The position numbers were made by a program, and so were the translations under genes. A DNA stretch of 64,000 nucleotides, from contig NC_043005.1 in the NCBI RefSeq assembly GCF_006345805.1, positions 109,120,001 through 109,184,000 on the forward strand, in the 5' to 3' direction. The first letter of the stretch is position 1. Each line of letters begins with the position of its first letter. Source of the stretch: Octopus sinensis (lineage: Eukaryota). The notes below the pieces were generated by a model that saw nothing but the letters and a program-made list of their open reading frames with translations, had not been told where the DNA came from and made no database searches. Below, one piece after another: positions 1 through 11,441 of this stretch.

Positions 1-323
1 GGTATATATATGTATAAGTGTCTGTGTTTGTACCCCCAATATCGCTTGACATGGTTCACACAACACAGACAAACAGACAACTTGCTTTTTAATATATAAG
101 ATTAAACATGTACTGTTGCATAGACGTGGGGGGTTCAAATACTAGGCGAATTAAGAGTAGTCTATTTATGTTGGGGGCACGGAATTTCGAGGAAAGAGTT
201 ATAAGAAAAAGCGTGCTAAGTCAAAGAGAGCACACATGTCAAATTTGGTGAAATTCAGTTCAAAATTGTAGGAGTAGAAGTGGTTCACACAACACACAGA
301 CAACTTGGCTTTTAATATATAAG

Positions 324-354
<31 letters not shown>

Positions 355-674
355 TATACATACATATATATACATTAAAAAAATTATATATATATGTGTG
401 TATATAGTTTTATATATATGTATGTATGCATATAATATACATACACACATATGCTTGCATACACTTACACACACATGTATATATGTATCTATACTGTTTA
501 GTGTCTGTTTATTGATGGCTTCACCAGTATATTTGTGAGTCACTGATACTTTTATATAGAATAAGTTGTTTGAAGAACATTTTCCTCATAGCAAGATACT
601 TCAAGATTTTTGTTGCTAACAAGCTACAGTATATAAAATATGTACATACAAATAAATGTGCATGTGTGCGTATG

Positions 675-724
<50 letters not shown>

Positions 725-875
725 ATATATTATATATATATATATAATATATGTATATATATATATATATAATATATATATATGTATGTGTATATATGTA
801 TATATATATATATATTATATATATATATATATATATATGTGTATATATATATATGTATATATATGTGTATATATA

Positions 876-926
<51 letters not shown>

Positions 927-1398
927 CAACTATATATATATATGCATGCAGATATGTGTGTGTGTATCTGTTAACATTTACAGATATAGAAATCGACAGA
1001 CATACAATTCCATATACATGAAAATTACACTCGCCAATATTCATTGTAATGTTTCAAATTTTGTAGCTATTTGCCAAAGTTATGAAATACAATGTTTACT
1101 CAAAGTTATAAGTGTGACATTAGTCATTAGTGCAGTAATTCTATCCAAATAATGGTAAGTAATGGCACTAAAAACTGACCTGAAGTCTTGCTTTTAGTGA
1201 AAGGATTTGATGTATTGCACAGTTCCACAATTGTTTCACTGTGCAGCTGCTGCAAGAGGTAACTCAATGCCGAAGACACCATATTCAGATGATATATGTA
1301 TACACGCACTTTTTTTCCCCTGTAGTTTCAGCTCATAGCTGCAGCCATGCTGATGCACTGCCATATATGCATGTGTATGTGTATTCATGCATATGTGT

Positions 1399-1869
1399 AG
1401 GTATAGGCATGGCTGTGTGGTAAGGAGCCTGCTTCGCAACCACATGGTTCCAGGTTCAGTCCTACTGCTTTGCACCTTGAGTATATACACATATATATAT
1501 ACGACAGGCTTCTTTCAGTTTCCATGTACCAAATCCACTCACAAGGCTCTGGTTGACCCAAGACTATAGTGGAAGACAGTTATTTCTACTATAGTCTTGG
1601 GTCAACCAGAACCTTGTGAGTGGATTTGGTATATGGAAACTGAAAGAAGCCTGTCGTATATATATATGTGTATATATATTTAGAGGCCTACACCGGTGTT
1701 GGTGTATTTGTGTTCCTGTAACTTCGTAGTTTAGCAAAAGGGATCGATAGAATAAGTACTAGGCTAAAAAAACAATATACCTCATGGGGTTCGATTTGTT
1801 TGACAAACACCTTTTAAGGTAGTGCTTCAGAATGGCTGCAGTCAAATGACTGAAACAAATAAAAGAATG
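1399..1869 (+). mobile_element. OR1-like CORE-SINE carrying an internal inverted duplication
   Basis: tRNA-like head ggctgtgtggtaa..ggttcagtcc and tail gcatggctgcagtcaaatgactgaaac; hairpin at 1482-1676. Confidence 0.8.
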
Positions 1870-2380
1870 TATGTATGCAACTACATGTGTATGCATGTAC
1901 TTACATACATACTCATATGTATGTGTATATATGTATGTATGTATGTATGTATATATATATATTAATTATAATAAAGGGTTAATTGCAACAAGTTGCTCAA
2001 AACCACATACCGAAAATATTAGAAAAGCAGCCAAATAGATCACTATTTCTACTACTAGTTAAAAAGACTCCACAAACAAACAGAATTTGCAACACGTATA
2101 TGGTAAAGAGAAATTTATTAATTTTATTAAATTAATTATATTTCACTCTTTTTGTATATATATATAAGTTATTTAGAGATAGAAGTCCCCATGCAATTCA
2201 TCAAATCCTAATATACATCACACCATATCATAGAATTTTATTTTAATACTTACAATTTCAGTTCCGAATTTCTCTTCTACACTTGTTTCATGAGGTGCAT
2301 TTAACGTTCCTGAGACCCTCAGTCTTTTTCAGAAACATTATTTGAATCCCTGTGACACCGGAATTTTTATTCCCTAATGA

Positions 2381-2412
<32 letters not shown>

Positions 2413-2447
2413 CTGTGAAATAATATGTGACAATTATTTAATAGCCA

Positions 2448-2510
2448 AGATAAAACTCTGAGTTTCAGATGCCGAGGTGGAAATCCACAACACCATCTCT
2501 TCGGTTATCT
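2448..2510 (-). ncRNA. Type I hammerhead ribozyme fold, variant core CCGAAGA
   Basis: Minus strand: agataa CCGAAGA gatg..catc u GAAA cuc-a-gag UU ttatct. Stem I is 6 bp, stem II is 4 bp plus an inner hairpin, and stem III has a 1-nt loop. Confidence 0.6.
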
Positions 2511-2565
2511 ACATATATATACAGATTTAGATATAGATATAGATATATACACACACACATATGCA

Positions 2566-3340
2566 TAAATATATTCAAATATGAATTAGAAGTAGCACTG
2601 GAGTTACAAACATAATTGAATGCATGTACTTAATGTAAAAACCTAGTTTGTTTGCTAGCAGGCTGTGATTTGATGTGGTTGAGATGACTCTCTCAAAGCA
2701 CTGTGTGCTAAAACACCTGAATATCATAGACAGATGAGACAACTCACTTCAAATTCCTTTCAAGTGAGATGAACATAGATGGATCACCATTTTTGAAGTT
2801 TATCAACATTGCGTGCATGAACTGAATTGGAGCCGAACTGAATTGCCAGACCATGACGACATGCAAAATAGTATAAAAGCCTAGCTTACCCCTACAATGC
2901 ATACCATATTAATAAATTCAAATATGAATTAAAATCAGTGTTAGTGTTCTAAACATTATCGAACACACATACTTAATGTATGTGCTTTGCTTGTTCACCA
3001 GTAGGCTGCGATACAACATGGTGGAGATGACTCCCTCAAGTTGGCAGTTGTTAAAACATTTGAAAGTCATAGACAGGCAAGACAACTCACCCCAAGTCAT
3101 ATTCAGGAGCAATGGACATCAATGCTTTACTGTTTTTGCGGCTTATTAACATCACATAACTGAACCGAAATTGGAGGCGAACTGAATCATCAGTCTATAA
3201 CTCGATGCAAAATGGTAATAAAACTATTTGCTGGTATGCCTGGATGATGCATACGTAGGAATAAATTTAAATATGAATTAAAAGCAGCACTAGTGTTTTG
3301 AACATTATCAAACATACAAACTCAGGAAAAGTGCTTAGGT
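2566..3340. repeat. Diverged tandem repeat, ~345-bp unit, ~2.2 copies
   Basis: aaatatgaatta(g/a)aa..gcact recurs at about 2577, 2920 and 3269, with colinear internal motifs (gagatgactc, atcatagacag, gacaactcac, gaactgaat). Confidence 0.75.
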
Positions 3341-3683
3341 TGTTCACCGATCAAAGGATCATTTTATGACTGTTTATTTTAGCAAAATATGTGGTGAGAG
3401 TAATCTTTAACCTGAAGAGTGGCTATATTTATATTGAAGTGATTTTACTACTACTACTATTATCATTACTTTTATCATTTCTTAAATATAGCCATTCATT
3501 GTATCTTACCATTTATTACAATCTGTTGTCAACTCCTTCAGGAAATCCAGTTTTTGAGATCAGCCTTCAGTATATCTTATCAAATGTTCCTTGTTCTTCT
3601 CCTCCAAAATGTTCATAGACACACACTTATATATTTATTTGCAAATGTGGTGTGTGTGTGTGTGTATGTGTGTGTGTGCATGT

Positions 3684-3727
<44 letters not shown>

Positions 3728-3730
3728 ATA

Positions 3731-4576
3731 TAGAGTGCAGTGAAAATATTGTCATCCAAATAATGCAAAATTGAAAATAACACTGGCATTTCATTTTAAC
3801 AGATTTATTTACCGAAATTACATAAAAATATCTTGAAATACTAAAGAGTAAATTTATTCAATAAAATCATCCTTGGCTTCAACCACGGCCTCCAGACGAC
3901 TTTGGATTCTTCTGCAACTCTTCTGGAGTCCATCTTTGCCTTCATTTCATCTTTGGTGCGACAAGGAGTTTTGTTAGTCTCTCACTCAAATGCACCCCAC
4001 ACATAATAGGGTTGTAGGGTGGAGTGGGGTGTTAGGTGGCCAGATGTTAGGGATAAAGTGGACACAGAAATTTTCTGTGAGTCATGACTGGGTTTCTCCT
4101 GTTTGTATGGCATGTTGCAGAGTCCTGTTGCCAGACATAGGGTCTTCCAGCAGCCAACCTCTTCACACAGGGCAACACTACCTCCTCCATACACTTGATG
4201 TAGGCCTCTGTGTTGAGTCTGAGGCCATGTGGGAAGATGAATGGAGGCATAATGTCACCATCACAAGTGATCACTGCAAACACCATGATGTTCAATTTTT
4301 ATCACTCTCGACACATGTTTTAAGGACACAGAAAGCTAATGGTTGTCCTGTGTGTTCACCATCTGTTTATATTGGAGCTTCTGGCATGAATGCCAAGCAT
4401 TACAGCATGTTGTTTCAAGAATTCTGGCAGAGTGAATTGCATCGTGGAGCTGTTTTTCTCACAGACAGTATCCAGCTGACCCTACTATACTGCGTAGTCA
4501 ACACAATCAACAACAAATAATATGCATGCACAAAATTTAAAATGTATAATGGTGACAATTTACCCATTACACCCTG
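3731..4576 (-). mobile_element. Internally deleted Tc1/mariner element, maT (DD37D)-like
   Basis: Decayed DDD domain (MVFAVITCDGDIMPPFIFPHGLRLNTEAY..YVWQQDSATCH; YYVWGAFE). Imperfect TIRs (tagagtg.. / ..caccctg) are flanked by TA. Confidence 0.8.
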
Positions 4577-4650
4577 TATATTATGTGTGTGTTGATATAT
4601 ATATGTATGTGCAAATTTATATAAATAAATACACACACACATACATACAT

Positions 4651-4914
4651 AGGATCGCAGTTTTGATTCCCAGACTGGGCATTGTGAGTGTTTATTGAGC
4701 GAAAACACTTAAAAGCTCCCCGAGGCTCTGGCAGGGGAGGGCGATCCCTGCTGCACTCTTTTGCCACAACTTTCTCTCACTCTTTCTTCTGTTGGCCTGC
4801 TCGCTTAGACAGTGGGGTGGCGTCATTTGAAGGCTAAAACAATGCGAAGCGCATTGTGACCAGCGATGCTTAGCAACATCTCATTGCCTGGTCGGTCACA
4901 GAGATCACGGTGAT
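4651..4914 (+). mobile_element. tRNA-SINE family B (partial head, body, cacggtgata tail)
   Basis: Body shared with 55095-55370 and 55987-56198; 3' part shared with 56257-56378 (minus). Confidence 0.7.
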
Positions 4915-5110
4915 ATACATATATACATACACACTTATATATATTGTTTAGTCATAATGATACTAATAACATGGTGTCAGAAGTCAATACACCTATGCTC
5001 TGAGTGCACTGTATCTTATGGCAGAAACAGCTGTTAGCTAATGAATTACATAATCTGTTCCATTGTCATTTATTTAATTTCATATATACATTCTTTTATT
5101 CTTTTATTTT

Positions 5111-5600
5111 TTTATTTGTTTCAGTCATTTGACTGCCATCATGCTGGTGCCCCATCTCAAAGGGTTTTAGTCAAACAAATCAAACCCTCGGACTTATTTT
5201 ATTTTTGTAGCTTTGTACTTATTTTATCAGTCATTTTTGCTGAACTGCTAAGTTACAGGGATGTAAACACTGCATGGCACCTTGGCCAAATGTCTTCTAC
5301 TATAGCCTCTGGCTAACCAAAGCCTGGTGAGTGGATTTGGTAGGTGGAAACTGATAGAAGCCAGTCGTATGTGTGTGTGTGCATGTGCGTTTCTGCCTGT
5401 GTTTGTCACTCTATTACCACTTCACAACCGATGTTAGTGTGTTTATATCCTCATAACTTAGGAGTTCAGCAAGAGAGACTGATAGAATAAGTGCTAGGCT
5501 TTAAAAACAATAAGTCCTGGAGTCGATTTGTTTGACTAAAACCCTTGAAGGCAGTGCTCCAGCATGGCCACAGTCAAATGACTGAAACTAGTAAAAGAAT
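5111..5600. mobile_element. Two OR1-like SINE fragments, head to head (5111-5270 minus, 5271-5600 plus)
   Basis: Shared tail cagtcatttgac / gtcaaatgactgaaac in opposite orientations. Confidence 0.75.
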
Positions 5601-5613
5601 AAAAAATAAAAGA

Positions 5614-5653
<40 letters not shown>

Positions 5654-7035
5654 ATGTATATATACGTATGTATTTATATATATGTTTATATATGTGTATG
5701 TGTGTGTGTGTATATAGGTAAATAGAAGACTATACATATATGTGTTTGTGTAGATGTATATATATATATATATGAGGGTGTGTGTGCACATACACACATA
5801 TAGAAAAAGGGTGAGAGAGAGAGAGAAAGAGAGAGACTCGGGAGACAGAGAAGATAAGGAACAAACTTGGCTAATCAGAAAATATGAGACGTTTATAGCT
5901 ATCACTATAGATTGTCCACTCTTGTTTTCATCCACCACCACCACCACCACCACCAATCAACATCTTGTCTACAACCAGGCAGCACCTCCATCAACACACA
6001 GTCATTTACATCTCCTTCATCACAGCAGCAGCAGCAGCAGTAGCAGCAGCAGCAGCCTTCTCTTCATCTGACTGTCCATAAAAAGTCCATCAATTGAAGA
6101 TAAAAACACAACTGAAAAGCTTGTGAAACCCTTAGATTTTCACACAGAATTACAACTTCTTTCCGACAACATATTGAGGATGATAAATGCCATTCTGAAA
6201 GTGGAAGAAGGAAATAAAGAAGGAGAGAAATTTTGAAGGAGACTCTTGAATAAAAGTTGGTAAACTTACCTAACTTTGCTTGGAAAGTTCAGCTCCCTTT
6301 TTCAAATGGTTGTTTTTCTCAACAACCCTTAGAAAATGTGGTTTTGTGAAATATTGTAAACTTTGCATTTTGGCTTTCTGAAAACATGTTAGATATGATA
6401 CAATGTCTCATAAGATGACAGTTGGAATGTCTTGGGTTTAAAGTGGGAGTGAGAGATAGAGAGAGAGATAGGGGAATGTGTGAGTGTGTATTTAAGTGTT
6501 GGTATATATGTGTAAGTGTGAGTATATATTACGTGGATGTTTTTGTATACATTATATAGACAATTCGATGAGAAATATCTACATAAAAGACATGAATGAC
6601 TTGTTTAAAGAGAAACAAAGAGAGAGAAGAAGTGATGAGTGAAAGAGGAAAACAGAATGGAAGAAAGCGTGAGAGAAAGACAAAAGACAATGTGTATCTA
6701 TGTGCCTATGTACGCGTGAGTATGTGTGTGGTGTTCATGCAGTGCCTGTATGTCTGTATGGATCCTGTAAGCTGTTCAGCAATGCTTGAATCTATTTGTA
6801 TGCCTGAGTTTAATTGTATATGTGTGTGTGTGTGTGTATGGGTGTGTGTGTGCATTTGTGTGTATGTGTGTGTCCGTGAATGTGAATGTCTATTTTTAAG
6901 CATACATGGATAAGTTTTTCTGCTTATATTTTCTGTTGTTATTCAGCCTCTGTTTTGGTGAAAAGTAATACAATATATATACATACATACATATATATGT
7001 ATATACATATATATACATATACATATATATACTAT

Positions 7036-7083
<48 letters not shown>

Positions 7084-7085
<2 letters not shown>

Positions 7086-7190
7086 CTGGAATTTACAAAA
7101 ATAAAAAAAAGACGAAGACAGGTGTATAATAAACAAACAGGTGTATTTGTTTAATGTGTGGGAAGGTGAGAAAGTCTTTTATGTTTCAAG

Positions 7191-7232
<42 letters not shown>

Positions 7233-7386
7233 ATATATCCTGTTTTTTCTTGCGTTCCTTTCTGCTGAAGAGCATAGGCTCGAAACATAAAAGACTTTCT
7301 CACCTTCCCACACATTAAACAAATACACCTGTTTGTTGATTATACACCTGTCTTCGTCTTTTTTTTATTTTTGTAAATTCCAACTA
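7084..7386. repeat. Inverted pair (~110-bp arms) of a short PLE-type repeat with a decayed minimal hammerhead (7258-7293)
   Basis: 7084-7195 is the reverse complement of about 7275-7386, with a (TA)n spacer. The same family occurs at 51325-51500 and 62815-63000. Confidence 0.7.
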
Positions 7387-7451
<65 letters not shown>

Positions 7452-7485
7452 CATATAAAAAATACATACATACCTACTACAAATA

Positions 7486-7521
<36 letters not shown>

Positions 7522-7524
<3 letters not shown>

Positions 7525-8224
7525 GGTGCGACAGGTAAATTGTCGCCATTTTATATTTTTTATTTCACGCAGGTGCATCGTTTGCTTTTGATTTTGTTGA
7601 CTACACAGGATAGTAGGGTCAGTTGGGCACCGTCTGTGGCAAAAACAGCACCACTACACAATTCATTCTGCCAGAAATTTGGAAATGACATGCTCTACTA
7701 CTTGGCATTCATACTGGAAACACCAATACGAACATTTCAGAGTGCTTGGGTGTCAATAAGAGAACAGTGCAATATGAGGACACTCATCTTCCCACACAAC
7801 CTCAGACTCAACATGGAGGGCTACATCGTGTTCCTGGAGGAGGTAGTGTTACTTGAAAGCCCTATGTCTGGCAACAGAACTCTGCATCATGCCACACAAG
7901 CAGGAGAACCCAGTCATGGCTCACGGGCAATCTGTGCGACATCACCCCTAACATCTTGCCACCTAACTCCCCAGACTGCAAACTCCTTGACTATTATGTG
8001 TGGGGCGCAATTGCACAGGAGACCAACAAAGCTCCTTGTATCACCAAAGATGAACTGAAGGCAATGATTATGGCAACATTTACCAACTTAAACAAGAAGA
8101 CCATCCGGAAGAGTTGCAGGATATTGTGAATTCATTTGGAGGCTATGGCTGAAGCCAGTGACGCTTTTATTGAATAAATTTATTCTTTAGTATTTCAAGA
8201 TATTTTTATGTAATTTCGGTAAAT
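7522..8224 (+). mobile_element. Second copy of the maT-like element; 3' end missing where a hammerhead repeat begins
   Basis: Starts with TIR cagggtgcgacaggtaaattgtc. Contains YVWQQNSASCHTSRRTQSW..PPNSPDC..DYYVWGA. Homology to 3731-4576 ends at about 8224. Confidence 0.8.
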
Positions 8225-8228
8225 TACA

Positions 8229-9121
8229 GACTAATGGTTTCAGACCATTTTTTAGCAAATAATATAATTTGCTAGGCAAAGTCTTCTTCAGCAGGTACAC
8301 CTTAGCTTAAACATATATACACGAGGCAATCCAGTATATGCCCCATGCTTATACATTCTAATTTTTCAAATCTACCATGCAAGTGCAGCTCCTTGTTGGC
8401 AATAAATAAAAAATGCCGGCTTTTCAATTCGAAAATTATCCAGAAAAAAGTTATCAAAGGGTAATCAAAAATATTAGAAATTTCCATTACTAGTGGCCTA
8501 GTGTGTAAAAATTTAGTCAATGGACTATATATTATTCATATAGATACAGTGTACATTTAAACACATAAGAGGCATCCATCATAGGACTCCTTGCATGCTA
8601 AAGAGAACAGTTAAATTCCAAACTGCTATTAGGGATAATATTTTGAAGGGAATGAAAAATAAAAGCATTTATCATCTGGATAATTTTCAAATTGAAAAAC
8701 CAGCATTTTTTATTTACTGCCGACAAGGAGCTGTGCTTGTGTGGTAGATTTGAAAAATTAGAATGTATAAGCATGGGGCATATACTGGATTGCCTCGTGT
8801 ATATATGTTTAATCTAAGGTGTACCTGCTGAAGAAGACTTCGCTTAGCAAATTATTTTATTTGCTAAAAAAGTCTGAAACCATTGGTTCAGGAGTTAGAT
8901 GGTAAATGTTTTTATTTTCCATTCCCTTCAAAATTTTACCCCTAATAGTGGTTTGGAATTTAACTGTTCTTTCTAGCGTGCAAGGTGTCCTATAATGGAT
9001 TCCTCTTATGTGTTTAAATGTACACTGTACTTATATGAATAATATATAGTCCATTGACTAAATTTTTACACGCTAGGCCACTGGTAATGGAAATTTCTAA
9101 TATTTCTGATTACCCTTTGAT
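8229..9121. mobile_element. PLE/retrozyme-like ~455-nt unit present twice: plus copy A-B and minus copy B-A
   Basis: 8229-8440 is the reverse complement of 8673-8887, and 8447-8667 is the reverse complement of 8902-9121. Each A segment ends in a hammerhead. Confidence 0.75.
8824..8892 (+). ncRNA. Type I minimal hammerhead ribozyme
   Basis: cctg CTGAAGA agact..(ttagcaaat hairpin)..agtct GAAA ccattgg UU cagg. Stem III is quasi-palindromic; predicted cleavage after 8888. Confidence 0.7.
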
Positions 9122-9206
9122 ATTATTAATTATTAATATATGTGTGTGTGTGTGTGTGTGTGGTGTGTGTGTGTGTGTGTGTGTATGTGTGTGTGTGTAT
9201 ACATAC

Positions 9207-9239
<33 letters not shown>

Positions 9240-9903
9240 CATAAAGTTTCCTTGTACAAAATCTCCATCACAGCTACAGAAGAAGGGACATGACCCAGGG
9301 TGTCATGTAGTGCATCAAACTTGATTGCCAAGCAAACTTCTTAATGATACTGCTATGCTTGCACTTGTTTTTGCTGTTGCATCTGTCTCAAAATAAATGA
9401 CCCTTGTTGAGGAAAAATTAACACTGAGTACAATATGAATTTTTTTCTCACATATGTGTCTATTTCACAATAAATTAACCAATCTATTTTCCTGGAAATA
9501 AAATTTCAAAACAAAGTGACATTTGGTAATTATATATATGAGACTTGTTTCTTTCCTTTGTATAAAATGACTAAAAGAATTAGCATAAGAAAGGGCATAT
9601 GGGTGTACACCACTGCCTTAGAAACACCCGTCCAACCCATGCCAGCATAAAAATGTGAATGTAAAAATGACAATGATGATGATGTAGCTAATTTATGCAT
9701 CTATAAGTAAGTGTTTGTGTGTGTGTATATGTGTGCATATGTAAATGTATGTGTGTATATATATCAACACACACATACACACACATACACTCACACACAC
9801 ATGTATATGTGTGTGTATATATATAGACACACAGACACACACATACACTCATACACATATATATGTGTGTGTATGTTTGTTTATATGTATAGCTAGATAG
9901 ATA

Positions 9904-11087
9904 AGTTTCTTTATTGGCCACACAGGGTTGCACACAGATGGGACAAGTTACAAGGTAGAGCTTTTCTTTTGGGGGATGAAAAAAACAAAAAACAAAAGAA
10001 AAAAAAAGGGGGTGGCGTAGGTTTCGATCAAGAGGGATCGTAAAAGGGAAGAAAAGAACAAAAAAAAATTAAATAAATAAAATAAAAAATAAAAAGAATA
10101 AAAAGAAAAAAAAAAGAAAAGGAAAGGGAACAAAAGAAAAGAGAAATGAAAAAAGAAGAAAAAAGGGGAAAAAAAGGGGAAGAGGAAAAAAAAGAACGAT
10201 CAATAGGGATCGTGTATCACAGTGTTATGATATATGGTGTAAAGGGGAAAGCAAGTAAGGTTTATCCATGGGAAGAAAAGCCTACGAAAAAGACCACGGT
10301 AACCTTGGTCAATATTGTTATATGTTACCACATTTGTTTGCAAGTGGGTAACCCTCTGTTTTCAATTTCTGGGTTCATAGGATTATGCTCAAGGTGGCTT
10401 CGTCATTCATACGTGCCATTCTTGCTACATTCACCCATCTTTTTTTAAAACATTCGCTAGACAAAACTTGCCTCTCTACTCTCACTTTCTTTTTCAAGTC
10501 GTACTTGAAGAAGTTAATGAGAGATTGACCAGAGAGGAAAGTGTTTGTCTCCAATCCTTTCAGACGCGTCCACCAGATACATTCTTTCGCCATAACCACA
10601 AGGATGATGAAAATAGCTCTTCCTTCCCGTTTGAAGGAAGGAGGCGTGACAATATTGACGATGGACTCAGCTGATAAACCGACTCGTCCCACACGTGACA
10701 GCAGTTGTTCGACACAAGCCCACAGGTCAGAAATTGTTGGACACTGCACGAGTGCGTGCAGAACGGTTTCGTTGCTCTGACCACATCTCGGGCAGGTCGG
10801 CCCCGTGTTTCTCGAGCCGTGTCTGTAGAGCTTATCCCGAACAGGTAGCGCTTCTCGGTAACACTGCCAGGCCAGGGATCTCTGGAAGTTGTCCATGGGC
10901 CCTGGCCCGAAAGTCGTCCTGAACAGGCGGGTCAGGTACTCCTCGTCGACGTCCAGGTTCGCCCCGAGCTCATCGTCGTACCTCTCCTCCACTAATCCCC
11001 TATAGAATGCTTTGGTTGTGTTGAAGTCACTCAAGGTCGACCCAGGACGGCAGAGTTGCTTGAGAACAACGCGACACTCGCGGTGCC
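9904..11087 (-). mobile_element. 5'-truncated Tx1/L1-clade non-LTR retrotransposon (ORF2 C-terminus plus ~470-nt 3' UTR) inserted in (GATA)n
   Basis: Frame is open from the truncation (HRECRVVLKQLCRPGSTLSDFNTTK...) to the stop at 10375. It contains a zf-RVT-type CPRC..ETVLHALVQC motif. The 3' UTR is pyrimidine-rich with AATAAA at 9910-9915 (minus). Both junctions abut TATC/GATA repeats. Confidence 0.85.
10375..11034 (-). CDS. C-terminal 219 aa of Tx1/L1-like ORF2 (zf-RVT region); a truncated remnant, not a cellular gene
   Basis: ORF track: MDNFQRSLAWQCYREALPVRDKLYRHG..TCPRCGQSNETVLHALVQC, typical of the L1/Tx1 ORF2 C-terminal zinc finger. Confidence 0.8.
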   Translation of the reverse strand: MSDFNTTKAFYRGLVEERYDDELGANLDVDEEYLTRLFRTTFGPGPMDNFQRSLAWQCYREALPVRDKLYRHGSRNTGPTCPRCGQSNETVLHALVQCPTISDLWACVEQLLSRVGRVGLSAESIVNIVTPPSFKREGRAIFIILVVMAKECIWWTRLKGLETNTFLSGQSLINFFKYDLKKKVRVERQVLSSECFKKRWVNVARMARMNDEATLSIIL

Positions 11088-11149
<62 letters not shown>

Positions 11150-11221
11150 ATAGATAGATGATAGATAGATAGATAGATGGATAGATAGATAGATAGATAG
11201 ATGGATAGATAAATGATAGAT

Positions 11222-11253
<32 letters not shown>

Positions 11254-11263
11254 GGATAGATAA

Positions 11264-11305
<42 letters not shown>

Positions 11306-11389
11306 TGATAGATAGATAGATAGGTAGATAGATAGATAGATAGATAGATAGATTGATAGATAGATAGATAGATAGATAGACAGATAGAC

Positions 11390-11430
<41 letters not shown>

Positions 11431-11441
11431 TAGATAGATAG
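11088..11441. repeat. (GATA)n microsatellite; others at 15470-15525, 27306-27655, 30490-31010, 51163-51247
   Basis: Direct inspection. Confidence 0.95.

Noticed and set aside
570-1152. Many Y/I/C/V/H/T-rich ORFs (also at 11702-12147, 13583-14031, 20846-21550, 27083-27721, 28377-31633, 40097-40720, 48401-48997, 59538-60047, 61661-62221)
   Set aside because: They are translations of (TA)n, (TG)n and (GATA)n microsatellites, which lack stop codons in some frames.
2285-2335. Minus-strand CTGAGGG..GAAACAAGTGTA motif
   Set aside because: Core A9 is altered and stem I is unpaired.
5754-6071. ORF with poly-T/H/S runs
   Set aside because: Built from GA, CAC and CAG simple repeats; may be UTR or intron, and coding status is not supportable.
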